A stretch of 64,000 bases of DNA from Blastocatellia bacterium. GTDB taxonomy: Bacteria > Acidobacteriota > Blastocatellia > UBA7656. The notes beneath the pieces are model-generated. The model worked only from the letters and a program-made list of their open reading frames with translations, was not told where the DNA came from and ran no database searches. Numbering within the stretch: position 1 is the stretch's first letter; every line of letters starts with the position of its first letter. The DNA lies in assembly GCA_963832205.1 (NCBI GenBank), contig CAWHTK010000009.1:13056-77055 (forward strand), in the 5' to 3' direction. Of this stretch, positions 1 through 10,323 are shown piece after piece. The position numbers and the translations under genes were made by a program.

Positions 1-208
1 CGCCGTGGGGTTGAAGCCCTACTGTAAGCTCCATCGAGTAGTTGAGCACGTTCGTCGAAGACATGCCGAGGTTGCGCGCGCGGCGGCGGGCCAGGAGCGG
101 CTGGTCGTGGATGATACTGTAGTCGAGCCTTTCGAGCGCCGCGATGAGGCGCGCTCTAACGCCGTCTGGGTCACCGGGCAGCACCAGAATAAAGCTATGC
201 TCGCTCAT
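1..208 (-). CDS. hypothetical protein, N-terminal fragment (gene continues past the left edge)
   Basis: Complement ATG at 206-208 opens a GC3-rich frame (MSEHSFILVLPGDPDGVRARLIAALERLDY...) with no stop down to base 1. It is missing from the ORF track only because it has no stop in the window. It explains why bases 5-322 of the + ORF are not part of plsC. No clear SD. Confidence 0.35.
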   Translation of the reverse strand, partial: MSEHSFILVLPGDPDGVRARLIAALERLDYSIIHDQPLLARRRARNLGMSSTNVLNYSMELTVGLQPHG

Positions 209-322
209 CAGTATTTATCTTATATCGAGTGGGCGCGCGGCGCACGCCCGGCGACTCGTGACAGGAGGCGAGCACATCTGCTAGGCTTCGGCTTACCACA
301 CGATGCGAGGTGCAGCTCTCAA

Positions 323-1063
323 ATGATAGCGCGACTGCGCGGAATCTTTCTGCTGTCACTCTGGTTCACAGCTATAGCGATACTTGCGCCGTTCTTAATC
401 ACGCTCAAGTTGATCACCGGGAACGAGAATATGATCTATTCGCCGGTGCGCTTCTTCGTCCGGCTCGGGCTTGCGCTCGTCGGCGTCCGGGTCGAAGTGA
501 CAGGGATAGAGAGGCTCGATCCCGATCAGGCATACATATTCACCCCGAACCATCAGAGCTTTATCGAAGTGCCGCTGTTTGTAACGTACCTCGGCCGCAA
601 CCCGGCTTACCTGGCGAAAAAAGAGGTCTTCAAATACCCGCTGTTCGGCTACGGGATAAGCCTGATGGGGGTCGTGCCCGTGGATCGAAGCAACAGCGCG
701 GCCGCGGTCGAAAGCGCCCGCCGCGCGACCGAGAACCTGCGGCGCGGGAAATCATATATCGTCTACCCGGAGGGCACGCGCTCGCGCGACGGGCAACTGC
801 TGCCGTTTAAGAAGGGCGCGTTTATGATGGCGATTGACGCGGGCGTTCCCGTCGTGCCGGTGACGATCTCGGGCGCGACAAAGATCATGCCGAAGGGCGA
901 GATAAAGGTCTATCCGTCGGTCGTCCGCATCACGCTGCACGAGCCCATCAGCACGGCGGGCTATTCGAAAGCAAACGTGGAAAAGCTCATCGAGCAGGTG
1001 CGAGACAAGGTCGGCTCCGCGCTTACGGATTCATCCGGCAGCATAAGACCGGCCGGGGTCTGA
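323..1063 (+). CDS. plsC: 1-acyl-sn-glycerol-3-phosphate acyltransferase
   Basis: Frame of ORF 5..1063. Internal ATG at 323 lies about 10 nt after GAGGTG. N-terminal TM helix, then acyltransferase blocks FTPNHQSFIEVP and VYPEGTRSRDG plus FKKGAF and PVVPV. Confidence 0.85.
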   Translation: MIARLRGIFLLSLWFTAIAILAPFLITLKLITGNENMIYSPVRFFVRLGLALVGVRVEVTGIERLDPDQAYIFTPNHQSFIEVPLFVTYLGRNPAYLAKKEVFKYPLFGYGISLMGVVPVDRSNSAAAVESARRATENLRRGKSYIVYPEGTRSRDGQLLPFKKGAFMMAIDAGVPVVPVTISGATKIMPKGEIKVYPSVVRITLHEPISTAGYSKANVEKLIEQVRDKVGSALTDSSGSIRPAGV

Positions 1064-1912
1064 ACCCGGAACAGCCCCCAGAGCTTTAAGCCGCTCCTCG
1101 AAATCCGCGAGCCTGTAGACGCCTACGCCGAGCCGTTCGGCGTACGCTTGATTGACGAGCGCGTGATTTCCCTTCCCCGCCTCGGGCCGCCCGAGCCCGG
1201 TTATTCGCGCAAGCTCGCCGCGCGTGGTCATCCCCGCGCCGTCGAGGAACGCGCGCGCGAGCTCGCAAATCGCCTCTTCGCGCCTGACCTTAACGGAAAG
1301 CTCATTTGCAAACCGCCCCTCAGAGGGCTCCCATATATAAGTGAACCATGGCTCGTAGAGCACCTCTGACGGTATTACCTTCATCGCGCGCTGTAGCTCG
1401 TCCATGGCGCGGTTGAAGCGCGCGCGTTCCCCGACGCCCGATTCCGCGCGCAGGTCTTTGGTAGCCATCTCCCATTCGCGCCTGAGCACTCTCAATATCG
1501 CCCGCGCGTCTTCGGAAAGCATCTCCCGCTCTTTGCGGCGCGGCACGCCCCACACGGCGTTAAAGTAGGGGACGAGACGGCGCGCGATAAAAGTTGCGCG
1601 CGACCGCGCGAGCTTTGCGTAATAGACGCGGCCGCGCCGCATCACCTCATCTTTTGTTATCCAGGCGAGGCTGCTTTCGGGGTCCTTCTGCACGTTGCGC
1701 GGCATGAAAGCGTCGCGGCGGCCGCACACCGAGATGTAAAGCGAAGGGCCGCCGCGGCGAGCGTCCGTCATGGCCGCGCAGAACCCGGCTCGCTCTATCA
1801 ATTGCTCGGCGTCGGCCGCCGATTCTACGCGAAGCTCCGGCAGGCGATGCCACGAGTGATCGCGGTAGGTTTCTACTTCTTCGGGCAGGGTTGCTTTCAT
1901 AATATGGAACAC
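1031..1912 (-). CDS. conserved hypothetical protein (possibly winged-helix; family not recognised with confidence)
   Basis: 293-aa ORF with good GC3 bias. GTG at 1912, or ATG at 1900 (MKATLPEE). Converges on and overlaps the plsC end by 33 nt. Confidence 0.6.
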   Translation of the reverse strand: MFHIMKATLPEEVETYRDHSWHRLPELRVESAADAEQLIERAGFCAAMTDARRGGPSLYISVCGRRDAFMPRNVQKDPESSLAWITKDEVMRRGRVYYAKLARSRATFIARRLVPYFNAVWGVPRRKEREMLSEDARAILRVLRREWEMATKDLRAESGVGERARFNRAMDELQRAMKVIPSEVLYEPWFTYIWEPSEGRFANELSVKVRREEAICELARAFLDGAGMTTRGELARITGLGRPEAGKGNHALVNQAYAERLGVGVYRLADFEERLKALGAVPGSDPGRSYAAG

Positions 1913-1931
1913 CCCATCGGTTCTTTACTCG

Positions 1932-4130
1932 CTAAAAGAACCTGAGCGTGTAAGAGACCCGGATGCCGCGGCCTATTTCCGGCGCAAGCTCTTTTATGAA
2001 TGAGAGGTGATTTCGATAGAGCCTGTCATTGAGGTTGAAAGCGTTGAACGTGAATATGTGCGCAAAGTGCTGGCGCGATATTGAGTAGGACCCGACGATG
2101 TTGAAGACGCCGTAGCCGGCGGTCGAAGTTTCGCTGGCAAAGAGCTCGATCCTGCTTGTCGGCCAGCACAAGCTCGGGCCGCAGGCTCAAGCCCTCGTAC
2201 CTGAAGTCGAGCCCGACGCGCGCGCGCAGCGGTGGTATGCGCGGAAGCGGCACGCCGCTCTCAAGCTCGGCGTTGACGTAATCCATTCCGAGATCGAGCC
2301 AGAGGTTGCGGTGAAGGCCCAGGTCGAGCCCAAGCTCCGTGCCGAGGTAACGGCTGTCCTCTTGCAGGTAATTCGCCACGGGCAACCCATCCTCAATCGC
2401 TCCGGTCGGGGCGAGAAAGACGAAGTTACTCAACCTGTAATAAAAGAGATTCGCCTCCGCCCGCACGCGGCCTTTCACGTGCCTCAGCGAAACGTCCAGC
2501 CCGTCATTGCTCTCGCGTTTCAGATTCGGGTTGCCGACCTCGAAAGTCAAGTTACCTATGTGAGGCCCAAAGTTATAAAGCTCTTCGAGCGCGGGCGCGC
2601 GGTACGAGTGCGTGTAGTTGGCCGCGAGCGCGCCGCCTTCCCACAGCGCGAAGCGCGCGCCGGCCGCGCCTGAAAAACCTGTAAAGCTGCGGTCGGAGAG
2701 CCCTACCGGCTCGTAGCTGTTGCGCTCGACGCGGCCGCCGAACTGGAAGCGAACGCGCTCGGAGCCCACCTCCTGTAGCACGAAGACGGCGAACGCGTTC
2801 TGCTTGACCGGCGGGGCGAGCGCCTCGGCCCCTATCGTATCGTAGTCGCGCCGCATGCCCGAGAAGCCGAAACTGCCCGAGTGGCGCGCGCTCCTGCGCT
2901 GATCGAATATACCGCGAACGATGAGGTGATCGTTATGAAAGACCGTGCCGACCTCTTCGCCTTCGAGCTCTCGGTGCCGGTAGTCGCTGTAATTGACCGT
3001 CAGGCGGAACGAGTCGATGAGGCTATCGAGGTTGCGCAATCCTCCGGCAAACCTCACATCGTGGCGGCGCATATCAATGTCGATGAGTCGCCTTCTTCCC
3101 CGTTTTCACCGCCGCCTTCAAAACCAGAGGCGAACGGCACGCCGTAACGGCGGTTATCGTACCCATAGCTCAGGCTGAAGAACGACTTTTCGCCGTAGTA
3201 CCCAAATCCGCCCAGCCCGCTGCCGTATCGCGTCTTCGAGTTAGGTATCTCGCCTAAAGGCGTGTCGTAATCACCCGTGCGCTGGGCGCTCGCGTTGCCC
3301 CAGAACATCCAGTTCTTTATGCCGTATTCGATGCCGCCGCTCAGGCCCGCATGGCCATTGGTCGTGCCGGCGACACCGGTGAGGTAGCCCCGCACGCCTT
3401 CGTGGGCAAAATCGTGGCCCGTGACCGCATTGACCACCCCGCCTATGGCGTTGCTGCCGTAAAGCAGCGTGGCCGGGCCGCGCACGACCTCTACCCGCTC
3501 AAGCGACAGTACGTCCACGGGCTCGCCGTGGTCCCCTGACTGAGACCCGACCGAGCCCGTCCTCAAGCCGTCCTGCAAGATCAGCACGCGGTCGCCATCG
3601 AATCCGCGGATGACCGGACGCGACGAGCCGGGGCCGAAGCTGCGCTTGGCGACGCCCGGCTCTTTGTCGAGGACCTCGCCGAGCGACGGGTGAGCTTCTT
3701 CCGCAAGCCGGTTCGTGTCGAGCGTGGTCACCGATTGTATGGCATCAAAGGTCATCTCCTCTTTCCCCGAAGCGGTGACGGTTATCTGCTCGTGAGGCCC
3801 GGAGAGGTTCAATTTGAAATCGACAGTCGCCGTGCCCCCCGCGACTACCTGCACCCTCTTTACAACGTCGGGGAAACCTTCTATGTGCGCGAGCACGGTG
3901 TAGCTGCCGGGCGGCACCTCCAGAAACTCATACGCGCCCGAATCGTCGGTCTCTGCCGAGCGTTTGAGCTGTACGATGGTGACGATGACATTATGGAGCG
4001 GAGTGTCCTTCTCTTCGATGCTGATAGATCCGCGCAGCGTGCCGGTCGATTGCGCCCGCGCGATTGCGGTCAAAGCTGTCGACGACAAAACCAGAATTAA
4101 TAGGCCGCATATGTAGCTCTTACTTCGCAT
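1932..4130 (-). pseudogene. TonB-dependent receptor with N-terminal carboxypeptidase-regulatory-like domain; frame broken twice as sequenced
   Basis: Three consecutive minus ORFs (3054..4130, 2026..3072, 1932..2171) read as one protein. Order is signal peptide, CarbopepD_reg-like domain, plug (RPVIRGFDGDRVLILQDG, VEVVRGPATLLYGSNAIGGVVN), barrel, then C-terminal ...RGIRVSYTLRFF. Frame changes near 3065 and 2155. Confidence 0.85.
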
Positions 4131-4276
4131 AACGGTCTCCTTGTTGTTATGAACGAGACGATGATCCGGTAAACGGCATTGCCATCGCTGAAGATAAGCC
4201 GAGCGGCCGCGTCGCTTGCCGCGCGCGGTCTTTATGCGAATCTTGAGGCGATTGGCTCTTATGACAAGGAGGACTC

Positions 4277-4648
4277 TTATGCGAGGGGAGGAGCGCGACC
4301 CGATTGCGATAGCCGAATCCAGCGCGATTGCGGCTCGGGCATGATTACTTCACGTATGACGATGCCGCGCTCAGGGGAGTCGAAGACCGACGCGCCTTCA
4401 GCTTCGGAGACGAAGCCGCTTTGCAGTCGGCACGAAAGGCAGTGGTTTTCGGCGCTTGAATCCGTCTGCTCGTGCGAGCGGCCTTCGGCGTCGGCCGAGG
4501 TTATCGCGGAGGTCGAATGCCGGAGGTCGCGACTTGCGTCGTGATGGTGAGTGGCGCAGACGAACAGGGCGTGCGCGATCAGACAGAGCAGCGCGAGCGT
4601 TTTTGCGCGCGGTCGCTCTCTGTTTATCGTCATGAACATTTTGCGCAA
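4277..4648 (-). CDS. small membrane-anchored His/Cys-motif protein, hypothetical (DUF2946-like?)
   Basis: 123-aa ORF directly upstream of the TonB receptor on the same strand. N-terminal hydrophobic anchor LALLCLIAHALFVCA followed by THHHD and HCLSC motifs. Start could be M1, M4 or M6. Confidence 0.5.
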   Translation of the reverse strand: MRKMFMTINRERPRAKTLALLCLIAHALFVCATHHHDASRDLRHSTSAITSADAEGRSHEQTDSSAENHCLSCRLQSGFVSEAEGASVFDSPERGIVIREVIMPEPQSRWIRLSQSGRAPPLA

Positions 4649-4689
4649 TCCCGGTTGTCGGATTCTTCTAACGGGCAGTTCGAATATTC

Positions 4690-4719
4690 ATTAAACAATA
4701 GCGCCGCGATCAGTGTCAA
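4690..4719 (-). promoter_or_regulatory. sigma-70-like promoter for the small-protein/TonB-receptor operon
   Basis: On the minus strand: TTGACA (complement of 4714-4719), 18-nt spacer, TTTAAT (complement of 4690-4695), about 42 nt before the 4648 start. A GAATATTC palindrome lies just downstream of the -10. Confidence 0.4.
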
Positions 4720-4827
4720 CAAGCGGCCTCGCGAGCGGGGCGTGCCGGGAGCTTGTGCGCGCTCGCGGCATGGCTTTATAGTCAGCGCAGGCGAATGGTT
4801 GACTTGAAATAGGCTTCGGAGGCTGAT

Positions 4828-5547
4828 TTGACGAGCAGGACTCTTCTGGAACTGAAAGATGTGACCGCGTCTTACGGCGACGTTCAGGTGTTGTGGGGCG
4901 TTACGCTCGCGGTAAACGCGGGCGAGATAGCCACGCTCATCGGCGCTAACGGCGCGGGAAAGAGCACGACGCTTAAAGTCATATCGGGGGTAGTGCGCGC
5001 AAGCGGCGGCCAGGTGATGCTCGACGGCGAAGCCATCACCCGGCTCTCGCCGCATGAAATCGCCGCGCGCGGGGTCGCGCATGTTCCCGAAGGGCGGCGC
5101 TTGTTCCCGATGATGAGCGTGCGCGAAAACCTGGAGCTGGGCGCGACCGTCGGCGAGGCGCGTCAAAAGCGCGACGAATCGTTTGACCGGGTATTCGCGC
5201 TTTTCCCGCGCTTGAAAGAGCGCGAGCGCCAGATGACCGGCACGCTATCGGGCGGCGAGCAGCAGATGGTGGCCATAGCGCGCGGGCTTATGGCCCGGCC
5301 GCGCTTGATGATATTCGACGAGCCGAGCCTGGGCCTTGCGCCGATCATCGTCAAAGAGATGTTCGAGATAATACGCAGTATCAATGAAGACGGGATAACC
5401 GTGTTGATGGTCGAGCAGAACGTGCAGCAGAGCTTGAGGCTCGCCGCCCGCGCATACGTGCTCGAAAACGGCCGGGTGGTGTTGGAAGGTGGGGGCGCCG
5501 AGCTGCTCGATGACGAGCGCGTGCGCGCCGCTTACCTGGGAGCATAA
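4828..5547 (+). CDS. livF: branched-chain amino-acid-type ABC transporter ATP-binding protein (LivF family)
   Basis: TTG start 6 nt after GGAGG. Walker A GANGAGKST, signature LSGGEQQM, Walker B LMIFDEPSLGLAP, and LivF-type C-terminus RAAYLG. Confidence 0.85.
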   Translation: MTSRTLLELKDVTASYGDVQVLWGVTLAVNAGEIATLIGANGAGKSTTLKVISGVVRASGGQVMLDGEAITRLSPHEIAARGVAHVPEGRRLFPMMSVRENLELGATVGEARQKRDESFDRVFALFPRLKERERQMTGTLSGGEQQMVAIARGLMARPRLMIFDEPSLGLAPIIVKEMFEIIRSINEDGITVLMVEQNVQQSLRLAARAYVLENGRVVLEGGGAELLDDERVRAAYLGA

Positions 5548-5575
5548 AGACCAGCGAATAGTGAAAGGAGCGAAT

Positions 5576-5800
5576 ATGGCAAACGGCGTTTACAAGGGGA
5601 TAACGATTGCGGGCACTTCTAATCAGAGTTTCAGTCACGCCATCGAGACCGCGATCCAGCGCGCCCAGGAGACGTTGCGCGACTTGAGGTGGTTCGAGGT
5701 CAGGGAGCAGCGCGGCGCCATAAGGGACGGGCAGGTCGAATATCAGGTCGAGCTTGAAGTCTTCTTCAAGCTTTCGCGCGGACAGGACGCGGGCGCGTAA
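5576..5800 (+). CDS. dodecin family flavin-binding protein
   Basis: ATG at 5576, 6 nt after AAAGGAG. The 74-aa product MANGVYKGITIAGTSNQSFSHAIETAIQRAQETLRDLRWFEVREQRGAIRDGQVEYQVELEVFFKL matches the dodecin pattern (VYK..E..G.S..S...A...A...A..TLR.L.WFEV.E.RG.I..G....YQV.L.V.F). Confidence 0.8.
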   Translation: MANGVYKGITIAGTSNQSFSHAIETAIQRAQETLRDLRWFEVREQRGAIRDGQVEYQVELEVFFKLSRGQDAGA

Positions 5801-5851
5801 GAGCCCGGAAGTTTCAGACCAGTACCAGATAAAACTCGGTCGCGGATGGCG

Positions 5852-6419
5852 CTACTTCGCAGGGGGCGGGAGTATCTGTCGCAGCCTCGCCGCCCTCTCC
5901 TGCTCGGTCATTGAAAGGGCCCAGTTCCACGCCCACTCGTAGTCGTATATTCCTTTCCTCTTCTTTTCTACCTCAACCATGCGGTTGGCAAACTCTTTTC
6001 CGTAAAGATTGCTCCACGCCTCGTACAGATAGAGAAAAAGTATACGGTGCTCATCAACGTCCGCCGGTCTCTCCTTTATCTTGCCAGTTAAGCCGGTGCC
6101 CAAGCTCGTGCATCAGGGTCGCCTTCTTTACGTCGGCCGGGTAGCTCGCCCTCAGCTTCATGGGCTTATCGGCGTAGCCCGAGTGGCTCGCGCCCTCAAA
6201 GACGATGACCTTTATGTCCTGCGGCGGAAAATTCAGCCCGGACGCCTGCTCGAGCGCCTTGATCATCTTCGCGCCCTCGCTCTCCCAGAGCGATTGATAC
6301 TCTTTTGTGGTCTCGGCGAATTTTTCCGACTCGGGAGCAAAGCTCATCTTGACGGCGGGCCCGGAGGCTGTTTGCAATGCGACCGCGAATGCTAAGACTA
6401 ACTTTGGCCATACGCTCAT
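5852..6419 (-). pseudogene. secreted HExxH metallopeptidase-like protein; one frameshift as sequenced
   Basis: ATG at 6419 after AGGAGA. Signal peptide MSVWPKLVLAFAVALQTASG. ...ATLMHELGHRL (ORF 6054..6506) continues in ORF 5852..6103 (TGKIKERPADVDEHRILFLYLYEAW...). Frame change near 6080. Confidence 0.65.
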
Positions 6420-6429
6420 AAGATTTCTC

Positions 6430-6663
6430 CTATTCCAGTTTGCGAACCAGTAGCACCGCCGCCATCGGGTGACGGTCGAGCGTCTGAAACTTCTGATCGA
6501 AATCATCGGGCTTCTGGCCGCCGCGTAAATCGATTATGGCGATCTGCGCGTCGGGTATTCTTTCGCTGCTGCCGAAGACCCTGTAGCGCGAGGCGCGCAC
6601 GGTGACCAGCTTTACGTCTATGTCCGTCGAGCGTTCGGCTTCTTGCAGGCTAAGTATTTTCAT
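6430..6663 (-). CDS. small hypothetical protein
   Basis: ORF 6430..6675. The likely start MKILSLQEAE overlaps the HAD stop by about 14 nt (coupled). No recognisable motifs. Confidence 0.4.
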   Translation of the reverse strand: MKILSLQEAERSTDIDVKLVTVRASRYRVFGSSERIPDAQIAIIDLRGGQKPDDFDQKFQTLDRHPMAAVLLVRKLE

Positions 6664-7414
6664 CATTCTCCTCAAGGCGCCGGTCTTCGATCAGGCTTAC
6701 GACGCCGGGCAGATCGTTCATATCATTTATAACAAAATCGGCCGCCGTCTTTTCACCTTCCTTCATGGGCGTGACCCCGGTGAAGCGCACCGCCGCGCAG
6801 CCCGCCCGCTTTGCGCCAAGGATGTCTGTATGCTCAAGGTCGCCCACGTGGACTATCTCGCGCGGCGCGGCGTCGAGCCGGGCGGCGGCCTGCTTGAATA
6901 CTTCGATGTGAGGCTTCGAATGGCCGGCCTCGTCGGAAAAGATCAGCGAATCGAAATGACCGAGCAGCCCGTTCTGCTCAAGCACTCGCCTGAGCACGCG
7001 GCCCGGAGAAAACCCGACGTCCGAGATGATGCCCAGCCGAAAGCGCCTGCTCAGTTGCTCGACCGCCTCGCGCGCGCCTTCGATCAACACCGGCGGCCGT
7101 TCGAGTATCCCCTCCTCGTACGCGCGGACCAGGTCGGCCATAGCGTCATCCGGCATGCGGGCTTCGAGCCGGGTCAGTATCTTCCCGACCCGCTCGGCCG
7201 CGCTGAGCGTCCTGTGCTCGCTTATCCATGTCGCGTGATGCTCGCGCGCTTCGACGTGGCAGGCTTCTTCTACTTGCTCGCAGGCGAAGTCGCCGCACAG
7301 GGCGAGCGCATCCTGCAGCAATCGGAGGCGGCGCTCCTGATAAAGCATGAAGGAGCCGGGCTGCTCGGTAAATAACGTGCTCCAGAAATCGAATGAAATC
7401 GCTTTTAGTGCCAA
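6650..7414 (-). CDS. HAD-superfamily hydrolase
   Basis: Motif I ISFDFWSTL (DxW variant of DxD), motif II IISD, motif III/IV KP....F.......VHVGDLEHTDILGAKRAG. Confidence 0.8.
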   Translation of the reverse strand: MALKAISFDFWSTLFTEQPGSFMLYQERRLRLLQDALALCGDFACEQVEEACHVEAREHHATWISEHRTLSAAERVGKILTRLEARMPDDAMADLVRAYEEGILERPPVLIEGAREAVEQLSRRFRLGIISDVGFSPGRVLRRVLEQNGLLGHFDSLIFSDEAGHSKPHIEVFKQAAARLDAAPREIVHVGDLEHTDILGAKRAGCAAVRFTGVTPMKEGEKTAADFVINDMNDLPGVVSLIEDRRLEENDENT

Positions 7415-7517
7415 CCGTCACGCCCTTTCGATGTAAAGCTCGGCGGGCGAATTGTCTTTCGCCCGCCGAAGTATTTTAATTGTTGAAGTGCGGCGCGAAC
7501 AATTGCGCGACGAAGAA

Positions 7518-8174
7518 ATGGGGAGCATGGCGGAAGACGAGGATAAATTGTTTCGTGAGGCTATTGCCCGGGCGGCGGTCGATTTTGGCATAGAAGGGCT
7601 GAGCGCGCGCCAGATAGACCAGCTCGCCACTCATTACGGACTTCTGCGCCGCTGGAATCGGCGGACGAATTTAACAAGGATCATCGAGCCTGAAGAAGCC
7701 GCCCGGCTTCATTACGCGGAATCTCTTTTCGGCGCGCGGTTCGTTCGAGATAAAGAGAGCGTGCTCGACATCGGCAGCGGGGCGGGATTCCCTGCTATTC
7801 CGCTGGCGGTCGCAAAGACGGATGCTACAATCACGGCGCTTGAAGCCAACAAGAAAAAGTCGCTCTTTTTAAATGAGGCAAAAGACGCGCTCGGGCTCGA
7901 TAATTTCAAGGTCGCGACCCGAAGGCTCGAAGAGTTCGATTGCAGCCAGTACGACCTTCTCACGAGCCGCGCGCTCGACCGCGCCGAACAATTGCTGCCC
8001 GCGCTTATCACGCGCATCACCGCTCGCCATCGCTTCATGCTCTTCTGCTCGCCGGACCTGCTTGAAACGCTGCGCCGGCAGGTAGGCCAGGCAATGACAA
8101 CCGAGGTACACCCGATCCCTCACTCCGCTTCCCGACTTATAGTCATCATCGGTCAAAAGAGCAAAGGTTCGTGA
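7518..8174 (+). CDS. rsmG: 16S rRNA (guanine527-N7)-methyltransferase
   Basis: LLRRWNRRTNLT, SAM-binding VLDIGSGAGFPAIPLA, LEANKKK..FL, and LLTSRAL. The start within ORF 7452..8174 is uncertain (ATG 7518 or 7527). Confidence 0.8.
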   Translation: MGSMAEDEDKLFREAIARAAVDFGIEGLSARQIDQLATHYGLLRRWNRRTNLTRIIEPEEAARLHYAESLFGARFVRDKESVLDIGSGAGFPAIPLAVAKTDATITALEANKKKSLFLNEAKDALGLDNFKVATRRLEEFDCSQYDLLTSRALDRAEQLLPALITRITARHRFMLFCSPDLLETLRRQVGQAMTTEVHPIPHSASRLIVIIGQKSKGS

Positions 8175-8258
8175 TGTGAAAAGGTCAAAGTGAAGCGCTC
8201 GCGCAGGCCGCGCACGCCAAAAGGCACAAAAACCCAAGAAAAAGCCGGCATTTCGCCG

Positions 8259-8287
8259 TTAGACTATTGCGGCACGGCCATTGCTAT
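8259..8287 (+). promoter_or_regulatory. candidate promoter of the downstream structured RNA (sigma-70-like and sigma-54-like readings overlap)
   Basis: TTAGAC (8259-8264), 17-nt spacer, TGCTAT (8282-8287). Alternatively cGGCACG-N4-TTGCT (8270-8285) matches the -24/-12 consensus TGGCACG-N4-TTGCW except for the first base. Confidence 0.3.
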
Positions 8288-8330
8288 ATAGAGGGACGGA
8301 AGCTTGAGACACCTGACGGTGCTCTCTTTC

Positions 8331-8501
8331 GGCCACCAACGCTATGCCGAATGATCAGCGCGAGTAGGCGGCATGTTGTCATCACCCAAGACCGTCGCGG
8401 GGCCTCACCCCCTGCCGGTTGATACGAGCCGCCAACTCATGGTAACGAGTCAGAACCCTCTCTACGGTTTCGGCGCAGCGTTGGTGGCCGCTTTCTTTTT
8501 T
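8331..8501 (+). ncRNA. candidate structured small RNA, 6S-like fold (closing helix, asymmetric internal bubble, inner helix, apical hairpin) with U-tail
   Basis: No ORF on either strand. 8331-8342 pairs with 8478-8489 (12 bp, GGCCACCAACGC/GCGTTGGTGGCC). 8345-8351 pairs with 8469-8475. GAGTAGGCGGC (8361-8371) pairs with GCCGCCAACTC (8428-8438). Apical GGGGCCTCACCCC. The helix is followed by GCTTTCTTTTTT. The 5' end could lie as far upstream as about 8296. Confidence 0.35.
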
Positions 8502-8607
8502 GGATTTTAGATTTTGGATTTTGGATTGCTCGGATACGCGTGTGAATTAGTCATCTGGCTAATTCCTGTTAATCCAGAATCCAAAATCCAAAATCTAAAA
8601 TCCAAAA

Positions 8608-8609
<2 letters not shown>
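8502..8609. repeat. heptad-repeat inverted-repeat element, family A, copy 1
   Basis: Left arm GGATTTTAGATTTTGGATTTTGGATT (8502-8527) is the exact reverse complement of 8578-8603. The right arm extends over 8571-8609. The loop carries the GAATTAG/CTAATTC hairpin. The same 26-mer recurs at 38935-38960. Confidence 0.85.
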
Positions 8610-9896
<1,287 letters not shown>

Positions 9897-10020
9897 GCTT
9901 ATCGGTCACCTTTCAGACTCTTACTGTAAATCGATAGCCTAAGCCGCCCGGCAGACGGGTGTCAACCAGACGCGACTCGGCGTTGTGCCTTCAATAAAAC
10001 TGAGTTTTATTGGCTCGGCT

Positions 10021-10233
10021 TTAGCTTCTCTTGCGCATGCGCGCGAGCAGGCCGCAACTGTTGGATGAAGCGAAGAGTGAAGGTGAGAATATTGAAGCGA
10101 AGAGGAACACGTATAGCAGGAATTTGAGCCAGCGCGTGCCGCCGTCATCAAATACGAGCATCAGCGTCGCCCCCGCTACCGCAAAGAGCAGGGCGAGCGC
10201 TAATTTCCTCGGAAGGTTTTCTGGATTCTTCAT
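10021..10233 (-). CDS. small two-TM membrane protein, hypothetical
   Basis: 70-aa ORF with ATG preceded by GAGGTGG. Two hydrophobic segments (LALALLFAVAGATLMLVF, FLLYVFLFASIF). Confidence 0.4.
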   Translation of the reverse strand: MKNPENLPRKLALALLFAVAGATLMLVFDDGGTRWLKFLLYVFLFASIFSPSLFASSNSCGLLARMRKRS

Positions 10234-10323
10234 ATGCCACCTCTAACTCGGGCTGAGGAAATAGTAGCACAATCCTCTCATCGCTTTGCACAAAAAAGTC
10301 CGACAGAAGCTCTGGAGACGGGA

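Noticed and set aside
5-322. N-terminal 106 codons of ORF 5..1063 as part of plsC
   Set aside because: The translation is Arg-rich noise. The region is better explained by a minus-strand gene start (1-208) plus a divergent spacer. PlsC begins naturally with its TM helix at the ATG at 323.
9992-10012. AT-rich hairpin CAATAAAAC-TGA-GTTTTATTG as a terminator between the small membrane-protein gene and serS
   Set aside because: It has a 9-bp A/T-only stem with a 3-nt loop and no flanking U-tract. It is too weak to call, and is noted only as a possibility.
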